A stretch of 16,180 bases of DNA from an uncultured archaeon (GTDB taxonomy: Archaea > Altiarchaeota > Altiarchaeia > IMC4 > SCGC-AAA252-I15). Location: positions 1 through 16,180 of the forward strand of contig CABMCB010000019.1 of NCBI GenBank assembly GCA_902384455.1, in the 5' to 3' direction. How positions within the stretch are numbered: the stretch's first letter is position 1; each line of letters starts with the position of its first letter. Of the stretch, positions 5,736 to 13,404 are shown in pieces. The notes under the pieces were generated by a model. It saw only the letters and a list, made by a program, of their open reading frames with translations, ran no database searches and was not told the DNA's origin. The translations under genes and the position numbers were made by a program.

Positions 5736-7479
5736 TTTTCGCCATAATCCTCCTCTTCTTTATCTCCCTGATTTCCCTCAGAGTCTGCTTCTCATCATCA
5801 GTCTGCTCTACAGTACAACTTGCCTGAACATCCTCATCGCTCATAAACCCATAAACAACATCAGTCTCCATAAGATTGCGGCCTATAACTATGTCGTCCA
5901 TGGAAACCGCCACCTTCTCGCCTTTAGCTGCCGACTCCACCTTCTCGTTGTCTTTCTGAATCCCCTTTAGGTAGCCGACTACGCGGCCGTCGTGGGTAAG
6001 CAGGCGTATGCCGACGCGCAGTGTGCCGGCAAGGATTTCTACTCCGACTATCGCGGGTTTGCTTGTGCGGAATACGAAGTCGGGCAGTATTTTGAATTTC
6101 ACGGGCGAAACGTGGGTTTTAATGTGCTGTGCGGTTTGGGCTTTGGTTTTTTCCAGCCGCCAGACTTCATAGTCATCAATCAGCTGGTAAATTATGGGGT
6201 TACTAAACAGTTTGATGCAGTTGTCTTCCGCGAAAGACTTCGCCTGCGGCAGAACCTGCGTGTGAAACGCCAATACTACGCCCAAAGTAGGGTCCTCGTG
6301 AGAAACCGCCTGCGCCTCCACCACGTCCTGCTTGGTGACTTTCCCTATGCTACCGTGCTTGACTGGAATCTTTTTGTCAGAAAGAATCTTTATCAGCGCC
6401 TCAAGCCCGCCTAAAGTGTCCGCCTTCACGAAGACGCCCTTCTCGCTCTTAGTGAACTCAATCTCACCAATCTCCCCTTTCACCTGCTCAATAAGCTCAT
6501 CCCCTCCGACATAAACGGGGGCTCCCGCCATCGCCTTCTCCAATCCCGGAGCAGAAATCTTTACGCCGTAAGCCGCATAAACACTCTCAACATTCTTGAA
6601 CTTCTCGCGCGGATCCCTCATCTCATCCAAACTCTTAGGCCTAAGCAACGCCTTAACCTTGGTCACAAACGGCTGATGAGCCCCCACGACAATGCTGTCG
6701 CCCCGATGAATAATCCCGTCATAAAGAATCACGTCAATAGTCGCACCCAAACCCACATCCTCCTTAACCTCCAAAATAACACCCTTACCTGGACTCGTGA
6801 TTGCGGCCTCCAACTGCTCCTTAAGGTACGTTTGAGCGAGGCCTATCAATGTCATGAGCAGGTGTGGCACTCCTTCGCCTGTTTGGGCGGATATGGGTAT
6901 TATGCAGACTTCTTTCCTGAAGTCTGAGACGCGGGTGAAGTGTTCGCAGTTGAATCCATGAATAGACAGGTCGCCGACCAGCTTGTAGAATTTGTCGTTG
7001 AATTCCTTCTGCACGCGCTCGTTCTGCTCGCTAAAAGGCACGTCTTTTTGCCACCCGTGTATCGCATCAATCTTGTTTGCCGCCACAACAAAAGGCGTCT
7101 TATACTGCTTAAGAATCTGCAATGCCTCCAAAGTCTGAGGCTTCATACCCTCATTAACGTCAACAACAAGGATGGCAAGGTCGGCCACACTCCCTCCCCG
7201 CTTCCTAAGCGTAGTGAACGCCTCATGGCCGGGCGTGTCGATGAACAAAAGCCCCTGTAGGGGGATTTTTATCATCTCCTTCTTGAGCTTCCCTTTGCAC
7301 AACTTCTCAATGACCTCAAAAGGAACCCCAGTAGCCCCAATATGCTGCGTGATACCTCCGGCCTCCCTCGACGCCACAGTGCTGCTTCTGACGTAATCAA
7401 GAAGAGTAGTCTTCCCGTGGTCCACGTGGCCTAAAACAGAAATAATCGGCTCCCGAGTTTTCAAATTCAAGTCGGACAT
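5728..7479 (-). CDS. infB: Translation initiation factor aIF5B (IF-2)
   Basis: GHVDHGKTT, REAGGITQHIGA, DTPGHEAFTTLRKRGG, NKID, KADTLGGLEAL and VFRTSKPAIVGVEI; archaeal length of 583 aa. Confidence 0.98.
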   Translation of the reverse strand: MSDLNLKTREPIISVLGHVDHGKTTLLDYVRSSTVASREAGGITQHIGATGVPFEVIEKLCKGKLKKEMIKIPLQGLLFIDTPGHEAFTTLRKRGGSVADLAILVVDVNEGMKPQTLEALQILKQYKTPFVVAANKIDAIHGWQKDVPFSEQNERVQKEFNDKFYKLVGDLSIHGFNCEHFTRVSDFRKEVCIIPISAQTGEGVPHLLMTLIGLAQTYLKEQLEAAITSPGKGVILEVKEDVGLGATIDVILYDGIIHRGDSIVVGAHQPFVTKVKALLRPKSLDEMRDPREKFKNVESVYAAYGVKISAPGLEKAMAGAPVYVGGDELIEQVKGEIGEIEFTKSEKGVFVKADTLGGLEALIKILSDKKIPVKHGSIGKVTKQDVVEAQAVSHEDPTLGVVLAFHTQVLPQAKSFAEDNCIKLFSNPIIYQLIDDYEVWRLEKTKAQTAQHIKTHVSPVKFKILPDFVFRTSKPAIVGVEILAGTLRVGIRLLTHDGRVVGYLKGIQKDNEKVESAAKGEKVAVSMDDIVIGRNLMETDVVYGFMSDEDVQASCTVEQTDDEKQTLREIREIKKRRIMAKNE

Positions 7480-7580
7480 ACGAGGCCACCAAACAAACTA
7501 ATAGAATACGGCCCAATAAAAAGGCGTCTTATGTGGTTATCCGAAGTATTTGAGTTTGCGGGTGGAATTATTCATCTGTC

Positions 7581-8054
7581 ATGGACGGTTCCGGTTTGTT
7601 GCGCAGGAAAGAGAAGGCAATGTCTGAGGTTGAAGCCAAAAGTTTTCTTGCCTCAATGAATACGGGCGTGCTGTCTCTTTCGTCTTCAGACGTTCCGTAC
7701 GCCGTCCCAATCCACTTAGTCTTTGTTGAGGATGAGAACGCAGCCTACTTCCACGGCGCATCCGAAGGCCAAAAACACTTAATTCTCAAATCAAACCCCA
7801 CGGGGTGCCTCATTGTGTTCAATGAAAAAGGAATCAAAGACAACGTGTCCCCCTGCAAAACAGGCACACACTACGAAAGCGTAATCGTAAAAGGAGCAAT
7901 CCAATACGTCAACGACCCGACGGAAAAAGCGGCTTCGCTATCAAATTTCGTTGCCGCAAAAACAGGCAAAACAATACAGTTCCTCCCCGCAGACGTCAAA
8001 GGCACATGCGTGATGAAACTAAGTATCCGAGAAATCACCGGAAAAAGAAGCTGA
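7581..8054 (+). CDS. Pyridoxamine 5'-phosphate oxidase-like flavin-binding protein (NimA/NimC-like)
   Basis: RRKEKAMS, GVLSLS..DVPYAVPIH, YFHGASEGQK..ILKSNP, YESVIVKG and ITGKR are family-typical motifs. Confidence 0.88.
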   Translation: MDGSGLLRRKEKAMSEVEAKSFLASMNTGVLSLSSSDVPYAVPIHLVFVEDENAAYFHGASEGQKHLILKSNPTGCLIVFNEKGIKDNVSPCKTGTHYESVIVKGAIQYVNDPTEKAASLSNFVAAKTGKTIQFLPADVKGTCVMKLSIREITGKRS

Positions 8055-8170
8055 ATCCCCTGTACTTTTCAGCCCCTCAACAGGCCCAATACTCCGACTC
8101 GCAAAAAACACTGGGCTGCATTTCTTCATGTAGTCGACTTAATACCACAAATCACGCGGTAATAAAACAG

Positions 8171-9538
8171 ATGGCTAAGCCAGTCAATAAGGCGGGTGCG
8201 GGTCAGGGGCCGGTGGAAAACCCGGGAGTTTCAGATGCGCAGGCAGGGGCTCCATTGCCTCATTCAACTCCTAAGGCGTTGGATGCCTTATTCTATCTTG
8301 AAGTTGAAGGGAGAATAAGGAATGCTTTGGGGGAAGACGGAGTCAAGGAAATACAGGGGCTACTTGCTGAAGCACGCAGATGCGCAACAGCAGAGCATCT
8401 TAAAGTCCGCATACTCCACAATATGCCTGTTGGGGTTGCCGTAGATTATGTCAGACGGAACGGGCTTTCTGAAGTAGCCTTCAGGGGAGTGTCTGCAGAG
8501 CAAATAAGGCGCGCTAGCGAAGACCCAAATTTTGCGGCAAAATCTTTGTTTAAGGGAGCAGACGATGAGGCTGAAAGTCTGTTTATGGCTGTTATCGATA
8601 ATGTAGAGCCTATATGCGAGAGGCTTAAGGAGATACGCGAACGCGATTTACCGGCGTTCGCCACTAAAGTGGAGCCGCGTCTTCAGAGACAAAATTTGGT
8701 CGCAGCAGTCGGAGACGCATTCATAGAAAAAATGGGGTTCGACGCAACTGAAATAAGCCCACCGGAACGCGACAACCTGACTCACATGAGAATGGACGCC
8801 GAAGTATTCGACCTTAGAATTCATTCATCTTCACACAACCTCAACCAAGTCATACTACTTAACCCTGACGTCGCAGCAGAAGACGTAGGGATAATAACCC
8901 ATGAACTCACCCACCGGCTGCAGGGGGACGGATTCATAGCTTACGACATAACCCCGCCAATAGCATCCACAGTTGAAGCGATAATATTCAACGACCCCCA
9001 GATTCCGCCGCATCTTACGGAAAACCCCCGTATTGCCGCCCAAAGGCTCACAGAAGCAAGACGTGCTGAAATAATTCCAGAAATGGTTCCTGAATGTTTA
9101 GACACCCCCTTAGCGCTCATAGAGCGAGCCTACAGTAAAGAACCAACGGGAACATTAGGAAACTGGGCCAGAAACCACACGTTAGACGATTTCTTTAAAA
9201 GATTACGCGAATCACGAAACCGGATAGCAGGCCTCCACGCTGAAGAAGACTTTTCCTACCCAGCAGGCCTAAGATTAGGCCACTACTTGCTTGTGCGCCA
9301 GGAGCAAGTCGGCGAAGGATACGCTCAAGCCTTCGTTAACGGCATGGCCAGAGGAATAAACCTGTCTGAAGCAGAGTTGATAGCAAGGCAGGTGGCCGAA
9401 ACAGGCGCAACATTCAATCAAGCCCGACAACGTGTGGACGCATTTGTTGCGGCCGAAGGAATCCAGCTTAGGGGGAATGAGACATTCCAAGAATTGGATG
9501 TATTCTCCAGTAGAATCAGTGGCGCGCAATACCAATGA
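8171..9538 (+). CDS. Hypothetical protein with a zincin-like HExxH motif (putative metallopeptidase)
   Basis: IITHELTHRLQ (HELTH at 8900-8914), a downstream candidate Glu ligand (STVEAII) and a YPAG motif. Start moved to ATG 8171 because 8006 overlaps the upstream gene and TTAATA lies about 27 nt upstream of 8171. Confidence 0.65.
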   Translation: MAKPVNKAGAGQGPVENPGVSDAQAGAPLPHSTPKALDALFYLEVEGRIRNALGEDGVKEIQGLLAEARRCATAEHLKVRILHNMPVGVAVDYVRRNGLSEVAFRGVSAEQIRRASEDPNFAAKSLFKGADDEAESLFMAVIDNVEPICERLKEIRERDLPAFATKVEPRLQRQNLVAAVGDAFIEKMGFDATEISPPERDNLTHMRMDAEVFDLRIHSSSHNLNQVILLNPDVAAEDVGIITHELTHRLQGDGFIAYDITPPIASTVEAIIFNDPQIPPHLTENPRIAAQRLTEARRAEIIPEMVPECLDTPLALIERAYSKEPTGTLGNWARNHTLDDFFKRLRESRNRIAGLHAEEDFSYPAGLRLGHYLLVRQEQVGEGYAQAFVNGMARGINLSEAELIARQVAETGATFNQARQRVDAFVAAEGIQLRGNETFQELDVFSSRISGAQYQ

Positions 9539-10124
9539 AGTTTTTCAGGATTTTAAGTCCTGTTTCGCCGCTTTTTTCAGGGTGGAATTGAGTGGCGAAA
9601 ATGTTTCCTTCAGCGACCACACTTGTGAAGTCGACTCCCGCGTATGATGTGGTCGCTGCGGTCGCCAAATTACTTTTTGGGACGGGGTAATAACTATGAA
9701 CGAAGTAGAAGAAGTCAGAGTCCTTTATGCCTGAAAGAAGAGGAGTCTCCTTCTTAATTGTTATGTTGTTCCACCCCATGTGCGGCACCTTAAAAGAAGG
9801 GTTAAAACGCACGCATTTCCCCGAAAGCAAACCAAGCCCCTTAACATTAGGCGACTCCAAGCTTTCCTCAAAAATAACCTGAGAACCCAAACACAAACCC
9901 AAAAAAGGGAGGCCGTCGTTCGTCGCATCCTTAAGGGGCTGCTTGAATACCGAGAGTTTTTTCATTGCGTCGCCGAACGCTCCAACTCCGGGAAGAATGA
10001 TTGCGTCTGCGCAGTCAATGTCCGCGGGAGAAGTTATGAAGTCGGCTTCGGCTGAAAGCTTCCTTAACGCATTTTTGATGCTCCTAAGGTTTCCTGCGCC
10101 GTAGTCTATGACCGCAACCTTCAT
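9516..10124 (-). CDS. hisH: Imidazole glycerol phosphate synthase glutaminase subunit HisH
   Basis: IDYGAGNLRS, ILPGVGAF, LGLCLGSQ, VPHMGWN, FYFVHSYY, QFHPEKSG. Confidence 0.97.
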   Translation of the reverse strand: MKVAVIDYGAGNLRSIKNALRKLSAEADFITSPADIDCADAIILPGVGAFGDAMKKLSVFKQPLKDATNDGLPFLGLCLGSQVIFEESLESPNVKGLGLLSGKCVRFNPSFKVPHMGWNNITIKKETPLLSGIKDSDFFYFVHSYYPVPKSNLATAATTSYAGVDFTSVVAEGNIFATQFHPEKSGETGLKILKNFIGIARH

Positions 10125-10858
10125 CCTTTCTCCTTAACCGCCTTGATTATGTCAATGAGCTTCTGAGGGTCCCTCTCGCCGATAGTTCCGGTCACTATGA
10201 CGTCTGCGCCGGCTTTAACGCGCTGCCTGGCAGCATCAGGCGACCTGATTCCTCCGCCAACAATCACCACGATAGAAAGAGCCTTCTTAACCGCAGAAAC
10301 AATCTCCAGAGGAACAGGCTTCTGAGCGCCGCTACCCGCCTCAAGATAAACGCACTGCATCCCAAAATACTGGGCCGTAAGCGCGTAAGCAACGGCCTTC
10401 TCCACGTCGGATTCCCGTATGGGGTCAGGTTCAGCGACGCGCTCTACAGTAGTGGGAGTCTCGCTTGTGGAGATGAGAATGTAACCCATGGGAATAGGCG
10501 TAATACCCAGTTTCCGTATGTACATAGCGCCCTTAAGCTGCTCCTCAACAAGAAAACGCCTCTTAGTGCTGTTCAACAAACTCATAAAGAAAATGTGGGT
10601 CGCATGCCGGCTAACACCAGAAGCCCCGCCAGGAAAAAGAATAACTGGGACGCTCACAGACTCGCGAACAGCCTTAGTCGTGGCGTCAGCGGCCTCGTGC
10701 GATGTTGTGCTTCCGCCTATCATTATGGCGTCGCTTCCCGCGTCTTGAGCTGCCTTCGCGAGTTTTCCTGCTTCAGTTGGCGGTTGTTTGTCCGGGTCTA
10801 TGAGCGTGAAGTGGAGTACGCCTTTGGTTTTCCGCCAGTTTGCGATTTCGTTTTCCAT
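10121..10858 (-). CDS. Geranylgeranylglyceryl phosphate synthase (GGGPS, group II)
   Basis: HFTLIDPDK, DAIMIGGST, PVILFPG, FFMSLLNS, YLEAGSGA, VGGGIR, GADVIVTGT. ATGA overlap with hisH. Confidence 0.95.
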   Translation of the reverse strand: MENEIANWRKTKGVLHFTLIDPDKQPPTEAGKLAKAAQDAGSDAIMIGGSTTSHEAADATTKAVRESVSVPVILFPGGASGVSRHATHIFFMSLLNSTKRRFLVEEQLKGAMYIRKLGITPIPMGYILISTSETPTTVERVAEPDPIRESDVEKAVAYALTAQYFGMQCVYLEAGSGAQKPVPLEIVSAVKKALSIVVIVGGGIRSPDAARQRVKAGADVIVTGTIGERDPQKLIDIIKAVKEKG

Positions 10859-10861
10859 CTC

Positions 10862-11881
10862 CTACGGTATGACCCCCGTTTTTTTGGCAAGCGCAACAGC
10901 CCTATGGTGCGACAACCCCCCTCTAAGAACAGTGTACCTGTCGCGGACTTTGTGGGCTGAAGTTAAAGCCTCAATAATCTTATCCGGCGGAATATCAAGT
11001 TCAGCCGCAGTAGTAGGAGCACCAACAGAATTCAAAGCGCTTCTAACCGCCTCCCAATCAGACCGCTGAAGGTAAGCCATCATTATGGCGCCTACCCCAA
11101 CTTGCTCGCCGTGCAACGCGTGCTTTTCGCAGATTATGTCGAGCATGTGGCTGAACAAATGTTCGCTTCCAGAGCAAGGCCTGGTTGAGCCGGCGATGCC
11201 TATGGCGATTCCCGAACTTATGAGTGCCTCAACGAGTATGCTTATGTTGTCGTAAACTCGCGGGCCGCTTTCCATTATGATTCTTGCGCTCATGTCCGCG
11301 AGCGCCGCAGCGTAGTCTCCGTAGTACTCCTTTTTTTCGCGGTGCGCTATCCTCCAGTCCCTAACTGCAGTGTAGTTGCTTATTGCGTCTGCGCATCCTG
11401 CGGCAAGAAGCTTCTTAGGCGCCTTGGCGATTATGGTGAGGTCTGCGAGTATTCCAATGGGCTCATGAGCTTCCACGCTCATGGGCTTCTCCCCCTTCAA
11501 ACTGGCGCGAGGAGAGGCGATTCCGTCGTGGCTTGCGGCAGTCGGTATTGAGACGAAAGGCATCCTCTTTCTGAAGCTCGCCACCTTCGCCACGTCAATC
11601 ACGGTGCCGCCTCCCACAGCCACAAGATAAGACACTCCGTCCCCCTGCAGCCGGTCTAAAAGACGCTGAACCTCCTTCTCAGTCGCCTCAGAAACAAGGA
11701 AGTTGGCGGCCCCGAGTTTTTTTGCGACTTCTTCTCCTGCGATTTTGTATGCGGTCGCGTCGGATACTAATAGGGGCGTTCCGGGGAGCGCTTCTAGCCT
11801 AAGCGATGACACGAATTCTGAGGCCTGCTTTATGGCGTCTTCCCCCACTAGCACCCGGCTGGGAAGTTCAATGTTTTTCAC
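10862..11881 (-). CDS. egsA: NAD(P)-dependent glycerol-1-phosphate dehydrogenase
   Basis: VGGGTVIDVAK, PTAASHDGIASP, RPCSGSEHLFSH, LHGEQVG, RDRYTVL. Start set at GTG 11881, which gives a GTGA overlap with the DUF424 stop. Confidence 0.95.
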   Translation of the reverse strand: MKNIELPSRVLVGEDAIKQASEFVSSLRLEALPGTPLLVSDATAYKIAGEEVAKKLGAANFLVSEATEKEVQRLLDRLQGDGVSYLVAVGGGTVIDVAKVASFRKRMPFVSIPTAASHDGIASPRASLKGEKPMSVEAHEPIGILADLTIIAKAPKKLLAAGCADAISNYTAVRDWRIAHREKKEYYGDYAAALADMSARIIMESGPRVYDNISILVEALISSGIAIGIAGSTRPCSGSEHLFSHMLDIICEKHALHGEQVGVGAIMMAYLQRSDWEAVRSALNSVGAPTTAAELDIPPDKIIEALTSAHKVRDRYTVLRGGLSHHRAVALAKKTGVIP

Positions 11882-12171
11882 AACACAACAATCATCTGGG
11901 CGTGAGGCACGCCGTCTATAATTAGTATGTTCTCTTGGTTTATGTATCCTGATTTGACCGCTGCAGCAACGCACTTCTTGCCCACCAGGTTGGCGATGGT
12001 CGCCTTCTTCAGCGCCTCAATGAGCGTTTTTTCGTCTGCTAACGTATTGCCGTAGAATGCGGGGTTAACGTGGAACTCCACGTCCCCGTGAACAAGAGTT
12101 TTGTCAAGGAGGCTTCTGTCGCAGGCGGCAACAAGCACTTCGTTGTTTAATGTATGAACTTTAATGTTCAT
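11878..12171 (-). CDS. DUF424 family protein
   Basis: LVAACD..LL, FYG, ATIANLVGKKCV..A...GYI and IDGVPHAQ; typical position next to aIF2-beta. Confidence 0.92.
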   Translation of the reverse strand: MNIKVHTLNNEVLVAACDRSLLDKTLVHGDVEFHVNPAFYGNTLADEKTLIEALKKATIANLVGKKCVAAAVKSGYINQENILIIDGVPHAQMIVVL

Positions 12172-12183
12172 CGGCGTCCAATC

Positions 12184-12597
12184 CTATTTTATCCGGCGCA
12201 AAGGCCACCAAGCTCCGCAGGCCCCGCATTTGATTATCTTCTGGTCCTCAAACGATGTTATGTCGGTGTCTGGCCGTCCGCATTGGTGGCATACCACGTA
12301 TTCTTTGGCGTATGCGTCTATCTTTTCCTGTATTACCTGTTTTTTTAGTCTGCGTTGTATGCTTGCGCGGTTCCCGTCTAGTGTTCCTGGTGCGGCAAGT
12401 TCTTTGCTCAGGAATTTTAGTATGTATACGGGGTCGCGCCTAAGTTGGTTTCCTATTTCCGTGAAGTTTCTGATGATCGTTATGTTTCCCTCGTTGAGCA
12501 CGTCCGCCTGAGGCATTTCGAAGCGGTCGTGGCTTCTTAGGTGCTCAGGGAGTTTAGTCCATGCGCGCTCAAGCAGTTGCTTGTACATTTGCTCCAT
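12184..12597 (-). CDS. eif2b: Translation initiation factor aIF2 subunit beta
   Basis: Y..LLERA...LP, RFEMP, GNITIIRNF, KFLSKELAAPG and the zinc ribbon CHQCGRPDT...CGACGA. Confidence 0.96.
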   Translation of the reverse strand: MEQMYKQLLERAWTKLPEHLRSHDRFEMPQADVLNEGNITIIRNFTEIGNQLRRDPVYILKFLSKELAAPGTLDGNRASIQRRLKKQVIQEKIDAYAKEYVVCHQCGRPDTDITSFEDQKIIKCGACGAWWPLRRIK

Positions 12598-12621
12598 GTA
12601 GGTAGATTTCTATGTTGGAGG

Positions 12622-12652
12622 CATAAAAATGCGTTTCCCCCCTTTTTTTATA
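12622..12652. promoter_or_regulatory. Divergent TATA boxes for the aIF2-beta operon and the 12683 gene
   Basis: CATAAAAA (12622-12629) reads TTTTTATG on -, about 25 nt before ATG 12597. TTTATA (12647-12652) on + lies about 30 nt before ATG 12683, with SD GGGGTGA at 12672-12678. Confidence 0.5.
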
Positions 12653-12682
12653 CCTCCTCCTATAGTTAACAGGGGTGATGTC

Positions 12683-13270
12683 ATGAAAAAACGTACTAAT
12701 GTGAGTAAGCCTACGGCTTCCGCTGGGGGTATGGACGGGGGCATCCCGCTTGCCTCAAGTGTGCTTCAAATTCCCGGCCGCATGGCTGAAGGAAGCCAGT
12801 CTGCTTTCAATTCAGTTTCACTGCCTGAAGGAGTATTCGGTGCTCACGTTGTCTTAGATCTCATACGAAGGTTCGATAATGAGGTAATCAAAAACATCGC
12901 CTGCATACCAGGAACCGGAGGCGACTGGTCTAAATCAGTTGTCATGGACGATGGCGCCGAAGTAGGATACGTCAACACGGAAGGCTCATTCCTAATACGC
13001 ACAAGCCCGCAAGTCCCATGGAAGCGAATTCCTGCAAGCGGCTCAATAGAAGAAGAGTACGCCAAGCTGGCTGAATCATTCAAAGCCGGCGAAGGACGCA
13101 CCTCATACATCAAGGTTGCGGGGACCGTTGACAGTAGGAAGGTTATTTACAGGTATAGGCCTCCTTCTGCGCCTGAGTATAATATTGGTGGTCTTTCGTA
13201 TAGGCTTCAGAGGGGTCGTCCTTTTGTTCGTATTGAGGGTGTTTGGGCGCCTGTTCCTGGTAGTATTTGA
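12683..13270 (+). CDS. Hypothetical protein (195 aa)
   Basis: Open frame; ATG 12683 is preceded by SD GGGGTGA. No motif recognised. Confidence 0.65.
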   Translation: MKKRTNVSKPTASAGGMDGGIPLASSVLQIPGRMAEGSQSAFNSVSLPEGVFGAHVVLDLIRRFDNEVIKNIACIPGTGGDWSKSVVMDDGAEVGYVNTEGSFLIRTSPQVPWKRIPASGSIEEEYAKLAESFKAGEGRTSYIKVAGTVDSRKVIYRYRPPSAPEYNIGGLSYRLQRGRPFVRIEGVWAPVPGSI

Positions 13271-13368
13271 GTGATGGGCTTTTTTCGGCTCTTCGGTACT
13301 TATAGGTGTTGGTTTAAAAGTATTTTTACCTCATGTTTTTCCACTTCAAGACGTGAGAACAATATGCC

Positions 13369-13404
13369 TATTTAAGCTATAAAATATACATATTATTCAA
13401 TAAA
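13369..13404 (+). promoter_or_regulatory. AT-rich promoter of the giant ORF, probably leaderless
   Basis: TATTTAAG and TATAAAA (13378-13384) 20-35 nt upstream of ATG 13405; no SD. Confidence 0.5.

Noticed and set aside
8006-8170. N-terminal extension of the HExxH ORF and a weak CAGCCC/GGGCTG inverted repeat
   Set aside because: The extension overlaps the upstream gene, and a 6-bp stem with a long loop is expected by chance.
11882-11974. Cys-rich N-terminal extension of EgsA
   Set aside because: Lies inside the DUF424 gene; GTG 11881 gives the normal length and a GTGA coupling.
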